The position numbers and the translations under genes were made by a program. 64,000 nucleotides of DNA. It comes from Octopus bimaculoides (Eukaryota). The notes below the pieces were generated by a model. That model did no database searches, was not told the origin of the DNA, and saw only the letters and a list, made by a program, of their open reading frames with translations. The stretch is from NCBI RefSeq assembly GCF_001194135.2, contig NC_068985.1, forward strand, positions 43,992,878 to 44,056,877, given 5' to 3'. This document shows, one piece after another, positions 49,801 through 63,519 of the stretch; the first letter of the stretch is position 1, and every line of letters begins with the position of its first letter.

Positions 49801-52077
49801 ATTGTCAGAGAGTTTAAACTGGTTGTTAACAAGGCAGCAAGACCTTTTTGAATTGAGAGAATTCCAAGTGTTTGTAAATATGTGACTGAGTTGGTGTGTT
49901 GGTTGTACTGTCAATGCTCACAACTAAGTGTGTGCGTTTCTTCATCTAAAGAATCTCAGATGAAGAATTTTAAAAATTATCTTACAAATCTTCACATAAG
50001 TATGTATGCATGTATGTGTGTGTGTATGTATGTATGTATGTGTGTGTTTATGTGGTGTGTATGAGCCAATGAAAGATCTCTAGATTGTAGTTAGATCTGT
50101 TAGAAATAGTAGCCAAATCTCCCTCAAATCATACTTTGCCTTTAATGAAAAGAGAAAGGCCACAAACACTAAACAGGAAAATAAGATACATAGCTGTGTA
50201 GAGGCTTCCCTCGTTGGTATGTTTTAGCCCTTGGTTGTATTAACTGTTTTGGACACAAAGAGCTAGTTGTACATTATGTCATACTTGAAGGACAATTTCA
50301 TTATAGCTATTGACTCTAATGTCTATGATCTTTCAGCTCCCTGGCCCTTATATTCCATGTGGTGGCTGAGATCCCATTCCATTTGAAAGAACTCACTATT
50401 TCTATAGTCTGTTTTACTGCAATATCTACCTAAATGATGCTATTTAGTGCTCAGTCAGCTCTGGCTGATCAGGGCTATGATAAAGATGCTGAAGTCATGA
50501 CTATCTTATTTAAAGCATAGTATATCTAGGATCACATTATTATGTCTCCTTTTTAAACATTAGGGTATCACTTGAAGTAAATTTGGCTCCTATTTCTACC
50601 TAACAATGTGATCTTGCAAGAAGTTCCCTTATTTGTTTACCATCTACCAAAATGTTGATGATGATGTTTGATATAACCTCATGCCCCCACCACTCCACCA
50701 AATTTTGAAGAGGAGGGTAAAGTTGATAAAATCAATCCCAGCTTTCCACTGGTACTTATTAACTATAAAGAGAGGTTAATAGAATAAGTAATAATAAAAT
50801 AAATTTTGACCTAGATGGGGGTTTGAACTCAGAACTTGGTTGCAACAAAATACTGTAACGCATTTTAATCTGTTGCCCTACTATTCAATGATAAAGATGA
50901 TGAAGGAATGTTCTTAGGTTTGGATGATGATAATGTAACAGAAGATAAAGTTAAGGATGGAACTGCTGATAATGATAAAAGTAGAGATGTTGCTGTTGAT
51001 AAGGATGGAAGGGAAGACTGAAGACCAATCCAGTTAGAAATTCTTCACTCAGCTATGACAACTTAAGCAGTAAAAGACTTGTAGAAAATCTTGTTGCTTT
51101 ATGCCTTCATATTCATCTATAATTCCATAATTATTTATAAAATCTTTTGCCACCATTTCATTAATGAACTTTAATGCATCCCGATTCCTTTAAGATGTCC
51201 AGATGGAACTGCAAACAGCAAGCAACAAACAAACAAATAAATAAATACACAACGATGAGAGGAAAGGAAGGAATACATTTGATGCTATAACAAAATCTGA
51301 CATTTTATTGATTCTTGGCAGAGAATATTCAAAGATATTTAATTATTTCCATCATATTTCTTCCTTTTAAATATTCTCATCTTCTTGTCATTGATGTTTT
51401 AGTTAATAATCTTGATATGTTGTTTGTTTCTTTGACTTTTGATATCACCATTGAATGCCTGATGTGATATGCTTATTTATATCGCTACCGTTTATAGATT
51501 TCTCAATACCAGATCTTATAAAAGACAAACAAAGGAAGATAAATTATATAATTTTTGGTTGTTTTTGCCAAGAAACTCTCAAAGTCCTTCTTTTAAAATT
51601 TTGTTTTTCTGATTAAATCAGCTGAGACCCCCCACCATATACAAACGATTCTTTGCTAGACCATAACCCATTACTCCTTACACTATTAAAGACTTTTCGT
51701 TTGTATAGTGGATCTAGGGCATGTTTGCTAGGCAAGGTCCAACTCTCTCTTTGGGAGTAAGATGAACTGAGTGCTGCATGCAATGAAGCACACCTCCCTT
51801 TTTATCAGTGCTGCTACTTGAGCCAATGAGGAAACTTTTATGCAGTTGTTTGATCAGCTAAATCTGCCTCAGTTTGGTAGCCCTACTGCATTGGGGAAAG
51901 AAGGAAACATATGCTGGTTAATATATTCTGTTTGGATAGGGGATGGATCATAGTTGACCATAGACCTGCTGGATGAAAGATGAGAAGAGGTCAAACATAC
52001 ATGCATACAGTCATACATATACACATAAATACATACACACATGTCTACATACTGATCTCTTTCTAAGAAATACTGAC

Positions 52078-52167
52078 TTATATTGCTCTCTCTCTCTGAA
52101 CACTGGAAAATCCAAGCTAATGCAAAGCAAAAAGAGAGCAATTTTCTGAGAATGTTGTTCATTGGTA
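52078..52167 (-). other. Candidate exon encoding a signal-peptide-like N-terminus (unverified)
   Basis: Acceptor ttatttatttgtttcaag, ATG at 52162, MNNILRKLLSFCFALAWIFQCSERESNI, donor gtcagt (phase 1). Confidence 0.25.
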
Positions 52168-52725
52168 CTTGAAACAAATAAATAAATGATATAAGCCACA
52201 CTAAAAACTTGGCTTGGTGTACAAGTTTTTAACATGTTGCAATCCTGAAGTAAGAAATCCTCACCAAAAATCTTCTGCATAGAATAGCTGACAACATGTT
52301 TAGGCTATGCCAAAACCAAAACCAAAACCAAAGGCATAAGGCACTCTACTGCCAACTGTGAGAAAATTGGACATGATGTTGTTATCAGAAATCTGGAATA
52401 GACTGAGAAAGAAAAAAAAAATCAATAAAGATTGAGACTAATAGACCAAAAGAATAATGTTGGAACTTGAGAATAAAAACAGTAACCAGTTTACAACAGA
52501 CTAAATCTGATATTATTGTTTGAGACCTTAAAATAAAACATGATCTGTTATGGATGTTAGCTGTCCACTTGATATCAATGTAATAATAAAAATGCAAGAG
52601 TACATTTGTGGACCATTGGTGACAAGTTTGAAAATCCAGTCCTTAAAATATTCTTTCAACTGTATAGCCATTATTATTAGAGTGGCAAGACAAAGGTAGA
52701 GCAGTGGTAGAATTGTTAACACACC

Positions 52726-52940
52726 AAGGCAGTGAGCTGGCAGAAATGTTAGCATGTCGGGTGAAATGCTTAGTAGTATTTCATCTGTCTCTATGTTCTG
52801 AGTTCAAATACCACCAAGGTCAACTTTGCCTTTCATCCTTTCGGGGTCGATAAATTAAGTGCCAGTTGTGTACTTGGGTCGATTGAATCGACTGGCACCC
52901 TCCCCTGAAATTTCGAACCTTGTGCCTAGAGTAGAAAAGA
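52726..52940 (+). mobile_element. SINE family B
   Basis: ggcagtgagctggcagaaatgttagc...cctttcatcctttcggggtcgataaattaagtgccag. Confidence 0.9.
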
Positions 52941-54900
52941 ATTGTTAACATGTCAGAAAAAATGCTTAGCAGAATTACTTTCAGCCTTTTATGTTCTGAA
53001 TTCAAATGCCACCAAAGTCAACTTTGCTTTCATCATTTCAGGAATGATAAAATATAATGGTTTTCAACTTTTGCTACAAGGCCAGCAGTTTTAGGGGAAG
53101 AGGATAATCAATTACATCAACCCCAGTATTTGACTGGTCCTTAGTTTATTGACTCTAAAAAAATGAAAGGCAAAGTCATCTTTGACAGAATTTGAGCTCA
53201 GAATGTAAAGTCATCAGGAATTCTGCCAAGCAATTTGTTTGGTGTGGAAATGAATCTGTTTGGTTGCTGCTGTGGGGTTCAATAAAATATGGCACCAACC
53301 AAGTACTGGGGTCAATGCAATCGACTTCCCCACTTCCTTCCAAATTGCTGGACCTTTGTCAAAATTTGAAGCTGTTGTTATTGGAGTGACGGGTTATGTA
53401 CTGTCATGCCTGAATCAAATTTAGGCTGGACTTGGAATCATGGACAAAGAATGTGACTCCATAATTTAGATGACATGATATATCAGGGACCATAAAAATA
53501 TACAAGACCTTATGATATAGAGGGTGAGTGATTGCACAAAGGGTAACGGAAATAACAAGACACTGTTTATTTAACAATCTTGCCACTGAACAGGGGGTTG
53601 AAAAAAAAAGCCAACCACAAAAATAACAATCAGGAAGACAAAACACACACACACACGCGCGTGCATATTCTTGATGAAGCTCTATGAATGATTGGTTATT
53701 TTGAAGAATTAACATTAGTGTTTAAATTTCTAAAGCAAATAACTTTAAATGATTCCATCTGCTACATGATGGCTGGTTCCTTGCTGTCAGCTGGATGGTA
53801 GTGGCAGTGGTGCTGCTGGTGGTGAGGACACTTGATGGTGGCAGTGTTGGATGGCAGTGGTGCTGGTGGATAATGGTGGTGGTGTTGATGTTCTGATGAT
53901 GGTAGTGCTGGCTGTGGTGGAGGTGGTGGTGGTGATAATGGTAGTGGTAATGGTGGTGCTGGTGCTGGACAGTGATACTGGTCATGATAGTGATGGTGGT
54001 GATGGTGGACACTGATAATGATGATGATGATAATGTTGATAACATTTGAAATTAATTAAATTAATGAATAACCATAAGTTATAAACTGCAATTTAAATGT
54101 GGATATTTGCGAAATAAAAATATTTCATTTCAACAAGAACATTTATTTATTTATTTTTTTTTACTGCTCACATTAATTTCATTCCAAGATGATTAAATAA
54201 GCAGTTCTTTCATTAACAAACAGCAGAATATAACTATCTGTCTTTCTGTCATTCTTTTATATCCTCTCTTCAACCCTTCGCTCTCTCCATTTCACACCCT
54301 TACCACTCTTTCTCTCTCTCTCTTCCTTTCTGACATCACTTCTTTTCATCCATTCTACTCCTCCTTTTTCTCTATTTCCTCTCACCCCTTTCAATATTTT
54401 TATCATATTTTTATTTATTTATTGGTTTGGTCCAAAGGAAGGGGTTGTATCCATGGCCTTTGCAGGTTCTCTAGGGCTGGTGGGGTCAGTATGGTTAATG
54501 TCCATATTGAACTGTTACAAGCTGACAACAGCAAGAAAAATATAGACATAGAGGGAATGCCAAATCTTTGATGTTTTCCTCTTCCTCCTTTCTCTATTTC
54601 ACTCTCTTTCTATTTTACACTTTTACTATGCTTTCTCTCTGTGACTTTTTCTCTCTCCTTTCATACATCTCATTCTTTCTTTTTACACCACATCCTTGCT
54701 GCCTTCTTTTAATCTGGAATAAAATATAAAAAGAAAATAATAAAAACCTAATTTATTTTGTTTTATTATTAAAATCAAGAAATGAAAGTGTTTCATCAGA
54801 TTATGATTTGGTTTTCATTGTAACTTAAGTCATCAATTAGCAGAAAACTAAATGAATAATTATATATACATATATAGTGTATATATATATATATATACTA

Positions 54901-55306
54901 GGCGTAGGAGTGGCTGTGTGGTAAGTAGCTTGCTTACCAACCACATGGTCCCGGGTTCAGTCCCACTGCGTGGCATCTTGGGCAAGTGTCTTCTACTATA
55001 GCCTCGGACCGACCAAAGCCTTGTGAGTGGATTTGGTAGACGGAAACTGAAAGAAGCCTGTCGTATGTATGTATATATATGTGTATGTGTGTATGTGTTT
55101 GTGTGTCTGTCTTTGTCCCCCCAACATCGCTTGACAACCGATGCTGGTGTGTTTATGTCCCTGTAACTTAGCGGTTCGGCAAAAGAGACCGATAGAATAA
55201 GTACTAGGCTTCCAAAGAATAAGTCCTGGGGTCGATTTGCTCGACTAAAGGCGGTGCTCCAGCATGGCCACAGTCAAAAGACTGAAACCAGTAAAAGAGT
55301 AAAAGA

Positions 55307-55308
<2 letters not shown>
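54901..55308 (+). mobile_element. tRNA-headed CORE-like SINE family A, full-length young copy
   Basis: A-box-like tggctgtgtggtaag, B-box-like gggttcagtccc, core tcttgggcaagtgtctt, many intact CpGs, 3' (GTAAAAGA)2. Confidence 0.95.
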
Positions 55309-55342
<34 letters not shown>

Positions 55343-55369
55343 TATCCTCATCATCATCAGCAGCATCAG

Positions 55370-55560
55370 CCTTCTTTACTGTCCATTTCCCAATAATCTT
55401 TCAAGTGCTTAGAACCCTCTTGATAATCTTTCCTGTTCCTAAGAAGCAAACTTTCTGTAGAAGCTCTACAGGATATTCTGTTCCAATCTCCTTCAACCAT
55501 TTGTCTATATCTTTGCTTACAGTTCCCAGTGCACCAATTATTATAGGCACAATCTTCTAT
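55370..55560 (-). mobile_element. Older R4/Dong-type LINE 3' fragment
   Basis: Minus frame KIVPIIIGALGTVSKDIDKWLKEIGTEYPVELLQKVCFLGTGKIIKRVLST*, the C-terminus of an RLE-type ORF. Confidence 0.8.
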
Positions 55561-55569
55561 TATTTTTAT

Positions 55570-55704
55570 TGACTTTGCCTTTCATCCTTTTGGGGTCAAT
55601 AAAATAAGTACCAGTTGAGCAGTGGGGTCGATGTGATCGACTTACCCCTCCCCAAAATTTCAGGCCTTATGCCTATAGTAGAAAGGATTATTATTATTAT
55701 TATT
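55570..55704 (+). mobile_element. SINE family B, 3' part with (ATT)n tail
   Basis: gactttgcctttcatccttttggggtcaataaaataagtaccag...gtagaaaggattattattatt. Confidence 0.85.
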
Positions 55705-56982
55705 GCCTTTGCACAGCTTCTAACACTGGAGATGTACTACAGTGTCAGCTGTTCACTACCAGTGAACTAAGGTCACACCTCTTATTTTACGAGCACCTTC
55801 CAGAGTATTTGAGCAGTTCCAAGCAGTGCTGTTTTCTGCAAATGCTCCACCCTTATTGCAGCCCCTATTTGTTCCATGTTCTTCTCGAGATTTTTGCTCT
55901 CTGTTTCCAGGGCTCTGACAATTATTGGTGCTACTGCTACCTTTTTCATCGACCACAACTGCTTAACTTCCCAAGCTAACCTGTCATGTCTCTCAACTTT
56001 TCTTTCTTCCTTATCGCATACCTTGTTGTCAGCTGGGCATGCTATATCTATAATGCAGCATAGTTTGTTTTCTTTCTCAATTAAGACTATGTCTAGCTTC
56101 CTATTCTCTATCTCATGGTCGCACTGGCTCATAAAATCCCATAAGACCTTTGCATTTCTATTTTCGACGATGCCTTCAGGTTTGTGGTCGTACCAATATT
56201 TCGCTCTGTCAAGTCCATACTTTTTGCAAAATGTCCGATGGACAAGCCTGGCTATATTGTCATGGCATCTCTTATATTCCTTCTGGGCTAGTGGCGTACA
56301 TTGGCTGGTAGTATGCCATATGGTTTCACCGTATTGTCCACAGATTCTGCACTTATCACTTTCTGCTGTGTTGTCTATTCTGCATTTTATGTATTTTGTT
56401 CTTAGTGCTTGCTCTTGGGCAGCACAGATTAGAGCCTCCATTTCCAGTTTTAAATCACTTTTAGTCATCTACAGCCATCTTTTTTCTCTGTCTGTCTTAT
56501 CTTCAACATCCCTATGAAATTGACCATGCATTCTTTTCTCTACCCACCTATTTTCAGTTTCATTCATTTTCAATTGCTTGTACAGTGCTTTATCTTTGCA
56601 ATCTTTCATCCTATACAAGCCTGACCTTCTTACTTCTAATAATGGCGGTTCTGTGGCATTTTTTTACATCATACCATGCTATGTTGTTTTCTTCTGCTCT
56701 AATGCTGTGTTCGAATCCAATGAGTCCTCTTCCCCCTCTTTTTCTTGGTACATACAGTCTGTCTGTGTCACTTTTTGGGTGGAGTGACCCATATCTAGTT
56801 AGAAACTTCCTTGTCTTTCTGTCTAAGCTGTTTAGTTCATCTACTGTCCATGCGATTACCCCTGCTCCATATCTAAGGAGTGAAACTACCCAGATGTTGA
56901 TAGTTTTGATCTTATTCCATCCATTTAAGTTTGACTTAAGAACCAGTCTCAGTTTGCGCAAGTACTCCACCTTAAATTTTTA

Positions 56983-56983
<1 letters not shown>
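55705..56983 (-). mobile_element. R4/Dong-clade non-LTR retrotransposon, 5'-truncated (RT thumb, CCHC knuckle, RLE endonuclease)
   Basis: ORFs 56611-56970 and 55782-56468: LYVPRKRGGRGL; EALICAAQEQALRT; CRICGQYGETIWHTTSQC; RKLDIVLIEK..IIDIACP; LQKTALLGTAQIL. (TTA)n on both flanks. Confidence 0.95.
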
Positions 56984-57029
<46 letters not shown>

Positions 57030-57982
57030 GATGCCAACCCTTAGGCAGTCTGATTGAAGCTAACACCTTAAACATTGTATTCCATTTCAACAGCTTCATA
57101 AAATTTTCTATTATTTTTTAAAATTATACGTTGACAGGAAAGGTATGCTTGAAGTTGGTTCTATAAAATTCTGAAAATTTTCAGTTTTTACCTAAAATTG
57201 GATGTGTTTTTGTTGAGCTATTTTGACAGTTGTACAGAAAAACTTGCTGCTGTTTTTGGTAAAACTTTTTTTATTTCCTTTTTTATTGATTCTCCCACTG
57301 GGAGGAATTATCTTCAAATTTTGTATTTTCAAAATTTATTATTTACAAAATTTATCATTAACACTCCCTCCATAAATAAAAAAAACATAAAAATCATGGA
57401 TCCTTGTGAAGGAATAATAATGTACCAAAGAGGGACTGAAAGAGTGTGTAAAAGAAACTGAGGAAAGGGAAAGGCAGAGAAATATATAACGAGGCTAGTG
57501 TTGTCTTTCATAGTAACATCACTGTTGTAGCCATGGCAACAACAGTCAGTTTTACAGTTGAAAATTTATCAGTTTGCATTGATAAGGTTCACATATAATG
57601 TTTGCTGTTGGTGAAAAAGAAAAAATAACAACAACAGTCAGGAGAACAACAAGAACAAAAGCAACAAATACAATAATGCCAATAACAACAAGACCAGCGA
57701 TAAAACTTTGTGTGATCCATTTAATGGTCAAGACAGAAGCAGTCACTCAACACCAAGAGAGAGCATACAAAAAAATATGAATGTGATGTAACTTATGTTG
57801 GGATCATGAAATTTTCAACTGAAGAAGTAAATAGTATCTAGAAAGGAACAATTGTTTAAGAATGAATAAACAGAAAAGAGAAAGCTGCAGTACCCAAGCC
57901 CAGAAGAAGTAGAAAAATGCTTTCAGGAAGTGTGGTGCACAATAGGGTATACAATCTTTTCTACTATAAGCATCATCACCAT

Positions 57983-58260
57983 CATCATCCTCCTCCTCAT
58001 CATCATCATTTAACGTCCATTGTCCATGCTGGCATGGGTTGGATGGTTTGACCAGAGCTGGTAAGCTGAGGGGCTGCACCAGACTCCAGTCTGATTTGGC
58101 ATGGTTTTCACAGCTAGATGCCCTTTCTAATGCCAACCACTCTGAGAGTGTAATGGGTGCTTTTATGTGCCACTGGCATGACACCAGTATCTGCCATGAC
58201 TACAATTTCACTTGTTCTCAAATTTTTAGGGCCACTGCCCCCCTCCTCATGGCCACATAA
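57983..58260 (-). mobile_element. RTE-X 3'-UTR-derived element
   Basis: catcatcatcatttaacgtccattgtccatgctggcatgggttggatgg. Confidence 0.85.
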
Positions 58261-58834
58261 TACCCTCAGCACCTCACTCCTATTTTTATGTATAAATAAA
58301 TATTTTATATTTTACTAGTTTATATATACTATGAATCATTTGATATTTAATATAATATTATATAATCTGTATACAATACTATAATAATATTATAATAAAT
58401 TTATAGCGTCCCCCCAATTCACTGCCTTCCTCCCTATGTCTTCTTTTTTCTACCACTCCCACTGCTCCCTTAGGCACTCGTGCCCACCTGGACCATCTCA
58501 ACACCCACAGNNNNNNNNNNNNNNNNNNNNNNNNNNNNNNNNNNNNNNNNNNNNNNNNNNNNNNNNNNNNNNNNNNGGGGGGCATAGCGTCCACTTTGAG
58601 AACCAAAGGTCTCTGTCATTTATCATTGGTTCTGTGAAGCCCAACACCTTAAAAGTGTGTTTTACATGCCACCAGTATGGGTGCTAGTTATACGACACTG
58701 GCCTGAATTGACCACATTGCCTTGGTGAAGCCCACTGCTTGAAAGGTGCATTTTACATTCCACCAGCATGGGTGCTAGTTATGTGACACAAGCATCAACC
58801 ACAACTGTGATTTCACTTGGCATAAAGGCCTGAA

Positions 58835-59012
58835 GTTTTGGGGGCTGTGAGTAGTCAATTACATTGACCTCAGTGATCTACTGGCGCTTATTTTATTGAC
58901 CCTGAAAGGATGAAAGGCAAAGTTGACCTCAGTGGAATTTGAACTCAGAATGTAAAGACAGGTGGAAATACTGCTAAGCATTTTGTTTGGTGTGCTAATA
59001 GTTCTGCCAACT
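58835..59012 (-). mobile_element. SINE family B
   Basis: tttattgaccctgaaaggatgaaaggcaaagttgacctc...tttgaactcagaatg. Confidence 0.85.
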
Positions 59013-59639
59013 CACCACCTTACAGTAGGGCATATAATGAGAGAAAAACAGCACAAGACAGGCTGTTGTCATCTGCAACAACAAAAATGGAAGCCAGGAT
59101 TGTGACCACTACCTATCACATGCCTCAAGGTTTCATTATGATCCAAATATACTTGAGAAAATGGGTGACCAAAATATGAATCACTAATATGCCATGCTGC
59201 AGGAAGCAGGCCTGAATGGTGGCAATGGTGGAAGAGCACAGAGAGGTTATAAGATTCAAGTCCACTTCCCAGCAGAATAAAATGGGAATGTTGCTGGAGT
59301 TTCAGATGTTGGTTACACTTGATATTCTTTGAGCCCTCAGATATAGATGGCAAGGACAACACAAAAGCATCTGAAAGGCAAACTGTAGTAAGATTATCAT
59401 AAAAAGAGAGGCCAGATAGACAAATCTACTGGTTTGATCCCCAAAACTCAGAACTATAGCTGCACTAAGTCAATTTGCAATCCCACCAACTGGAAACAAA
59501 AAAAAAGAAGTAAAACAGTCTAACCAGCTGACAAGCCCACAAGAGCTACAGAACACAACAGTTTAAGGAAAAGGAACTACAAACACAAACAACTATGGAC
59601 AAATGTGCAACATCAAAAATAGAAACAACAGCAGCAACA

Positions 59640-60720
59640 GTCAGGTCAGATGTGTCGGCATGCACCATTGCAGCATGTTGCTGCATTTACTATTTGTTGG
59701 CCTCGTTCCTACTTCTCCTAGGTGACCTGTCAAGCAGAGTCCCAGTCAGTCCCCGTCTCTGTGAGACACTTCCTTATCTGACTTGAACATGTAGCATGTG
59801 ACTATTCAACATGAACCATCAATCCAGTAAGAAGGATCTAACTTGGAAAATTGAGTGTCTAAGTTGACACTCCTGAATCATACAAATAAAAGGACACATC
59901 CCAGTTTCTGAGTATTGTTGTTGGTTGGATGTGAAATCCAACCAATGGTAATCTATAATCCTGTGAAGCGTCCTGGTACCGAAGGAGTTCAAGTGGTTCC
60001 AAAAGGTCCCAGACAATACCCAAGGCTCACAGCTATAGAGCAAGACATGGAAGACCAGAGACCTAAAGACCCAAACCTTTGTTCTGCATAGAAATCGGCA
60101 GTGTAAATACTCTTGTCCAATGAGTCTACAAGTGCACCAGCTCATCCAAGTCTTTTTAGGATTTCTGACTTGCAGCTAATGCTGCTATGAATCTCACTGC
60201 CAAGATAAGTGAAGCGGTCAGCAACTTTAACATTCTCACCTTCAAGGCAGAGTCTTACTAGAAGCCAATGAAGGACAAGATATTTGTCTTGACCTAAGAG
60301 ACTCTAAGGCTCAATGGTTCCACTTCCTCACTCAATGAAAGGAGAGCACTCTTTAAGACATCCAAAGACTCAACAAGAATAACTACGTCATCAGCAAAGT
60401 CTAAGTCTGTAATCCTAGTTACACTAATGAGTGCACCACAACACGGTTGAGTCACCATTTGGCCAATTATGCAGTCTCTGCAGGTTTTGAACATTGTGGG
60501 AGCCAAAGCACAACACTGACAAACCCTAGATATAACTGGGGAAAAAGTCAAATGTTGAGCCCCCTATCTGAACTGCACTGATTGTGCTGGGGTACAAGGA
60601 GCTCCAGAACCCTCCAAAGCATATCTCTGTTCACCAAGTCTTAGATCTGATGACAGCAGCAGTAATGCATCAGAAACTGAAAAAAACAACCTACAATCAC
60701 AGCAATAGCTCACCAATGAA
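59640..60720 (-). mobile_element. RTE-clade (Expander/Rex3-like) LINE fragment with RT core
   Basis: Minus frames: RVCQCCALAPTMF...ITDLDFADDVVIL (RT domain 5), TKVWVFRSLVFHVLLYSCEPW; 3' end gcatgccgacacatctgacctgac. Confidence 0.9.
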
Positions 60721-61494
60721 CGTCTCACCTACATGGGTTTTCTGAAAAGAGAAAGTGTTGTACATGTATGTGTGGAGACAGTTATGATTAGCCAAGGGCG
60801 AAACTCAGACTTGGCTGTCACCTTTTGATATAATAAACATATCTATTCACTTCACTTACTAATGGATGAGTTCTATATCAGATATCTTTTGCATTTCATA
60901 AAACATATATTTGTATATATATTTTACAACTTTCTCTCTCTCACTCTATGTGTGTATGTATGTATGTATGTATATACATACATATATGTGAGTGTGTGTA
61001 CACAAATATGCGTGCAGGTACAAAGAATCAATAAAGCTTCATTGGCTAAATATACACATACTCACACACACTCACATATATACATACATACACACACACT
61101 TATCATCTTTTTTTTTTTAACTTCTAGCATGGAATGGACACACACACACACACATGCACATAGACCCCCATTTCATACCAATCATTATCATCTCCACTTC
61201 ACCTCTTATTTCATTTTATTTCATGTAAAAGATAAGACATCACTCACTGCCAACCACGACCACCTCCACAATGACAACCAGCACCAATCCTGTAAAATAA
61301 AACATATCTGTATATTTTTTTTTCACACATAATTCCCTGATAAGCTTGGTGTCTCCCAGTTTTTTTACTGTCTCCCAGCCACTTCTATCTGTGTGTTTCT
61401 GGTCTATCTCCTTCCAGTGGGAAAAATGTTGAAACTTCTCTCTTTTATCTATACTCACCAACCAACCTACCTACCTACCAACCTGTATTCTGCT

Positions 61495-62040
61495 GTATTA
61501 ACATAGAAGTCTGTCTGTTGAATGCAGCTTAGCTTGCAGTTATTTCTATACTGTCACCACTACACATCACTAATACCACAGAGCTCCCTCCAGGAAAACC
61601 TTTATGTGGCCACTTGTTGACTGCCTACAAACTAGAAATGGCAGCTCCACATCCCTTTTATCTACATCTGTTAACGCACTATGTCGTAGATGTCTGTCTG
61701 TTAGAGTAGCTTTGTTTGCACTGCCACTGCCATTGCCACCACCGTCACCACAGATCCTTTTCTAGGTCTAATTGATCAACTAGAAATACCAGCTATACAT
61801 TCCTTTTATATACACCTATTAATTTACTATACCATAGAAGTCTGTCTGTTATAGTAGCTTTGCTTGCATACTCCCCCCACACACCATTACCACCACTTTT
61901 CTGTATCAACACAGAGCTCTCCAGGGCTAAATGACTAGCTAGAAATAACGGTCACACATCCCTTTTATTTATAACTCAGTAACCTACCATACTACACTTT
62001 ACTGTATTAATGATCTGTTATATTAGCTTAGCTTGCACAT
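61495..62040. repeat. Diverged 150-185-bp tandem repeat, 3-4 units
   Basis: taga(a/t)gtctgtctgtt...agct(t)..cttgca...ctagaaat recurs at 61504, 61687, 61835 and, decayed, near 62010. Confidence 0.8.
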
Positions 62041-63061
62041 CACCCCAAATTTTACATTTTTCTATCACACTTCCATTGTATGTGATTGCTACAGGATCAC
62101 CCAGAAACAACAGCCAAATATTCCTCAAATTACATCTTTGGAAATGAATACTTTGGATAATGTATGTGATTCTTGCTCTACTTGTAGAAAAAATGTTGTT
62201 ATGGTTGGTTATGTGGAGGACAGAGTAACAAGGAATACAGAAACATTTTAGTGCTTGTATATGCAAAGCCTGCAGTAGTAGTAGATGTGATTTGAGTGAA
62301 GTTTGGTAACTGCAAAGATAATTCCAGACATGTTTCAATTTTATTAGACCTCTTTAGTCAAGTATATATCTTATTGGCAATTAGCAAACATCAGAAAGAC
62401 AGAGTGTATAAATGTGTGTGTGTGTGTGTGTACACACACACACACACACACACACAGGGAAAGTGATATAGAGAAAGTATAATCTACAAAATGCAAACAA
62501 AGTATTATTCTAAATGCAAATATTTAATTTCCATGTGATTCCAGAACCAGAGTGTTTATTATTAAAGTGATAAATTATAGTGTTGAACATGTTTGTCTAA
62601 GTTCCCACCCCTAACAAGCCAATAGACTAAGGGTAGGATTTATAATAATGTTGATGATGTGATGTTATCTTTGTCTGATTATTTAATAATGGTGATAATT
62701 ATCAGAATTTGAAGAATGATGATAAACACCATTCTGGCTATGCTACTTGTTTTGATAAACATACTCACATGCATTTGTGCATATACATGTACAAATACAT
62801 CCTTATATGAATATATACATATATATATGCGCTACAAAATTTATACACATGTACATATATGCACAGCAGAATTCATACAAATGCGTATATGTATGTGTGT
62901 GTGTATGCTTTGAGATGTTAGTATGCATGTAAATGTGGTGAAGCTCAGCAATCATTTGGAGAAAAGAAGACATTAATCTACACATGCACACACACACACA
63001 TGTATGTGTGTATGTGTGCATGTGTATATGTATGTGTGTGTGTGTGTGTGTGCATATATAT

Positions 63062-63480
63062 TCTTTTAGTCTTTTACTTGTTTCAGTCATTTTAACTGTG
63101 GCCATGCTGGAGCACGACTTTTAGTTGAACAAATCGACCCCAGGACTTATTCTTTGTAAACTCAGTACTTATTCTATAGGTCTCTTTTGCTGAAGTGCTA
63201 AGTTACAGGGATGTAAACAAACCAGCATCAGTTGTCAAATGATGATGGGGGGGACAAACACAAACACACAAATACATATATATACATACATATACACACA
63301 CACACGCACACACACACATATATATACAACAAACTTCTTTCAGTTTCCATCTACCAAATCCACTCACAAGGCTTTGGTCGGCCCAAGGCATTAGTAGAAG
63401 ACACTTGCCCAAGGTGCCATGCAGTGGGACTGAACCCAGAACCATGTAGTTGGGAAGCAAGCATCTTACCATACAGCCAT
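63062..63480 (-). mobile_element. SINE family A, near full length
   Basis: Reverse-complement match to 54901-55308. Confidence 0.92.
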
Positions 63481-63519
63481 TCCTATATAAATATATATAT
63501 GTGTGTGTGTATGTGTGTG

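Noticed and set aside
53722-54045. His/Thr-rich protein
   Set aside because: Degenerate (GGT/GAT)n trinucleotide tract with no splice or homology support.
54901-54975. tRNA gene
   Set aside because: A/B-box-like head of a SINE present in more than ten copies; no complete cloverleaf.
55876-57031. Plus-strand ORFs of 213 and 148 aa
   Set aside because: Antisense shadows of the R4/Dong ORF.
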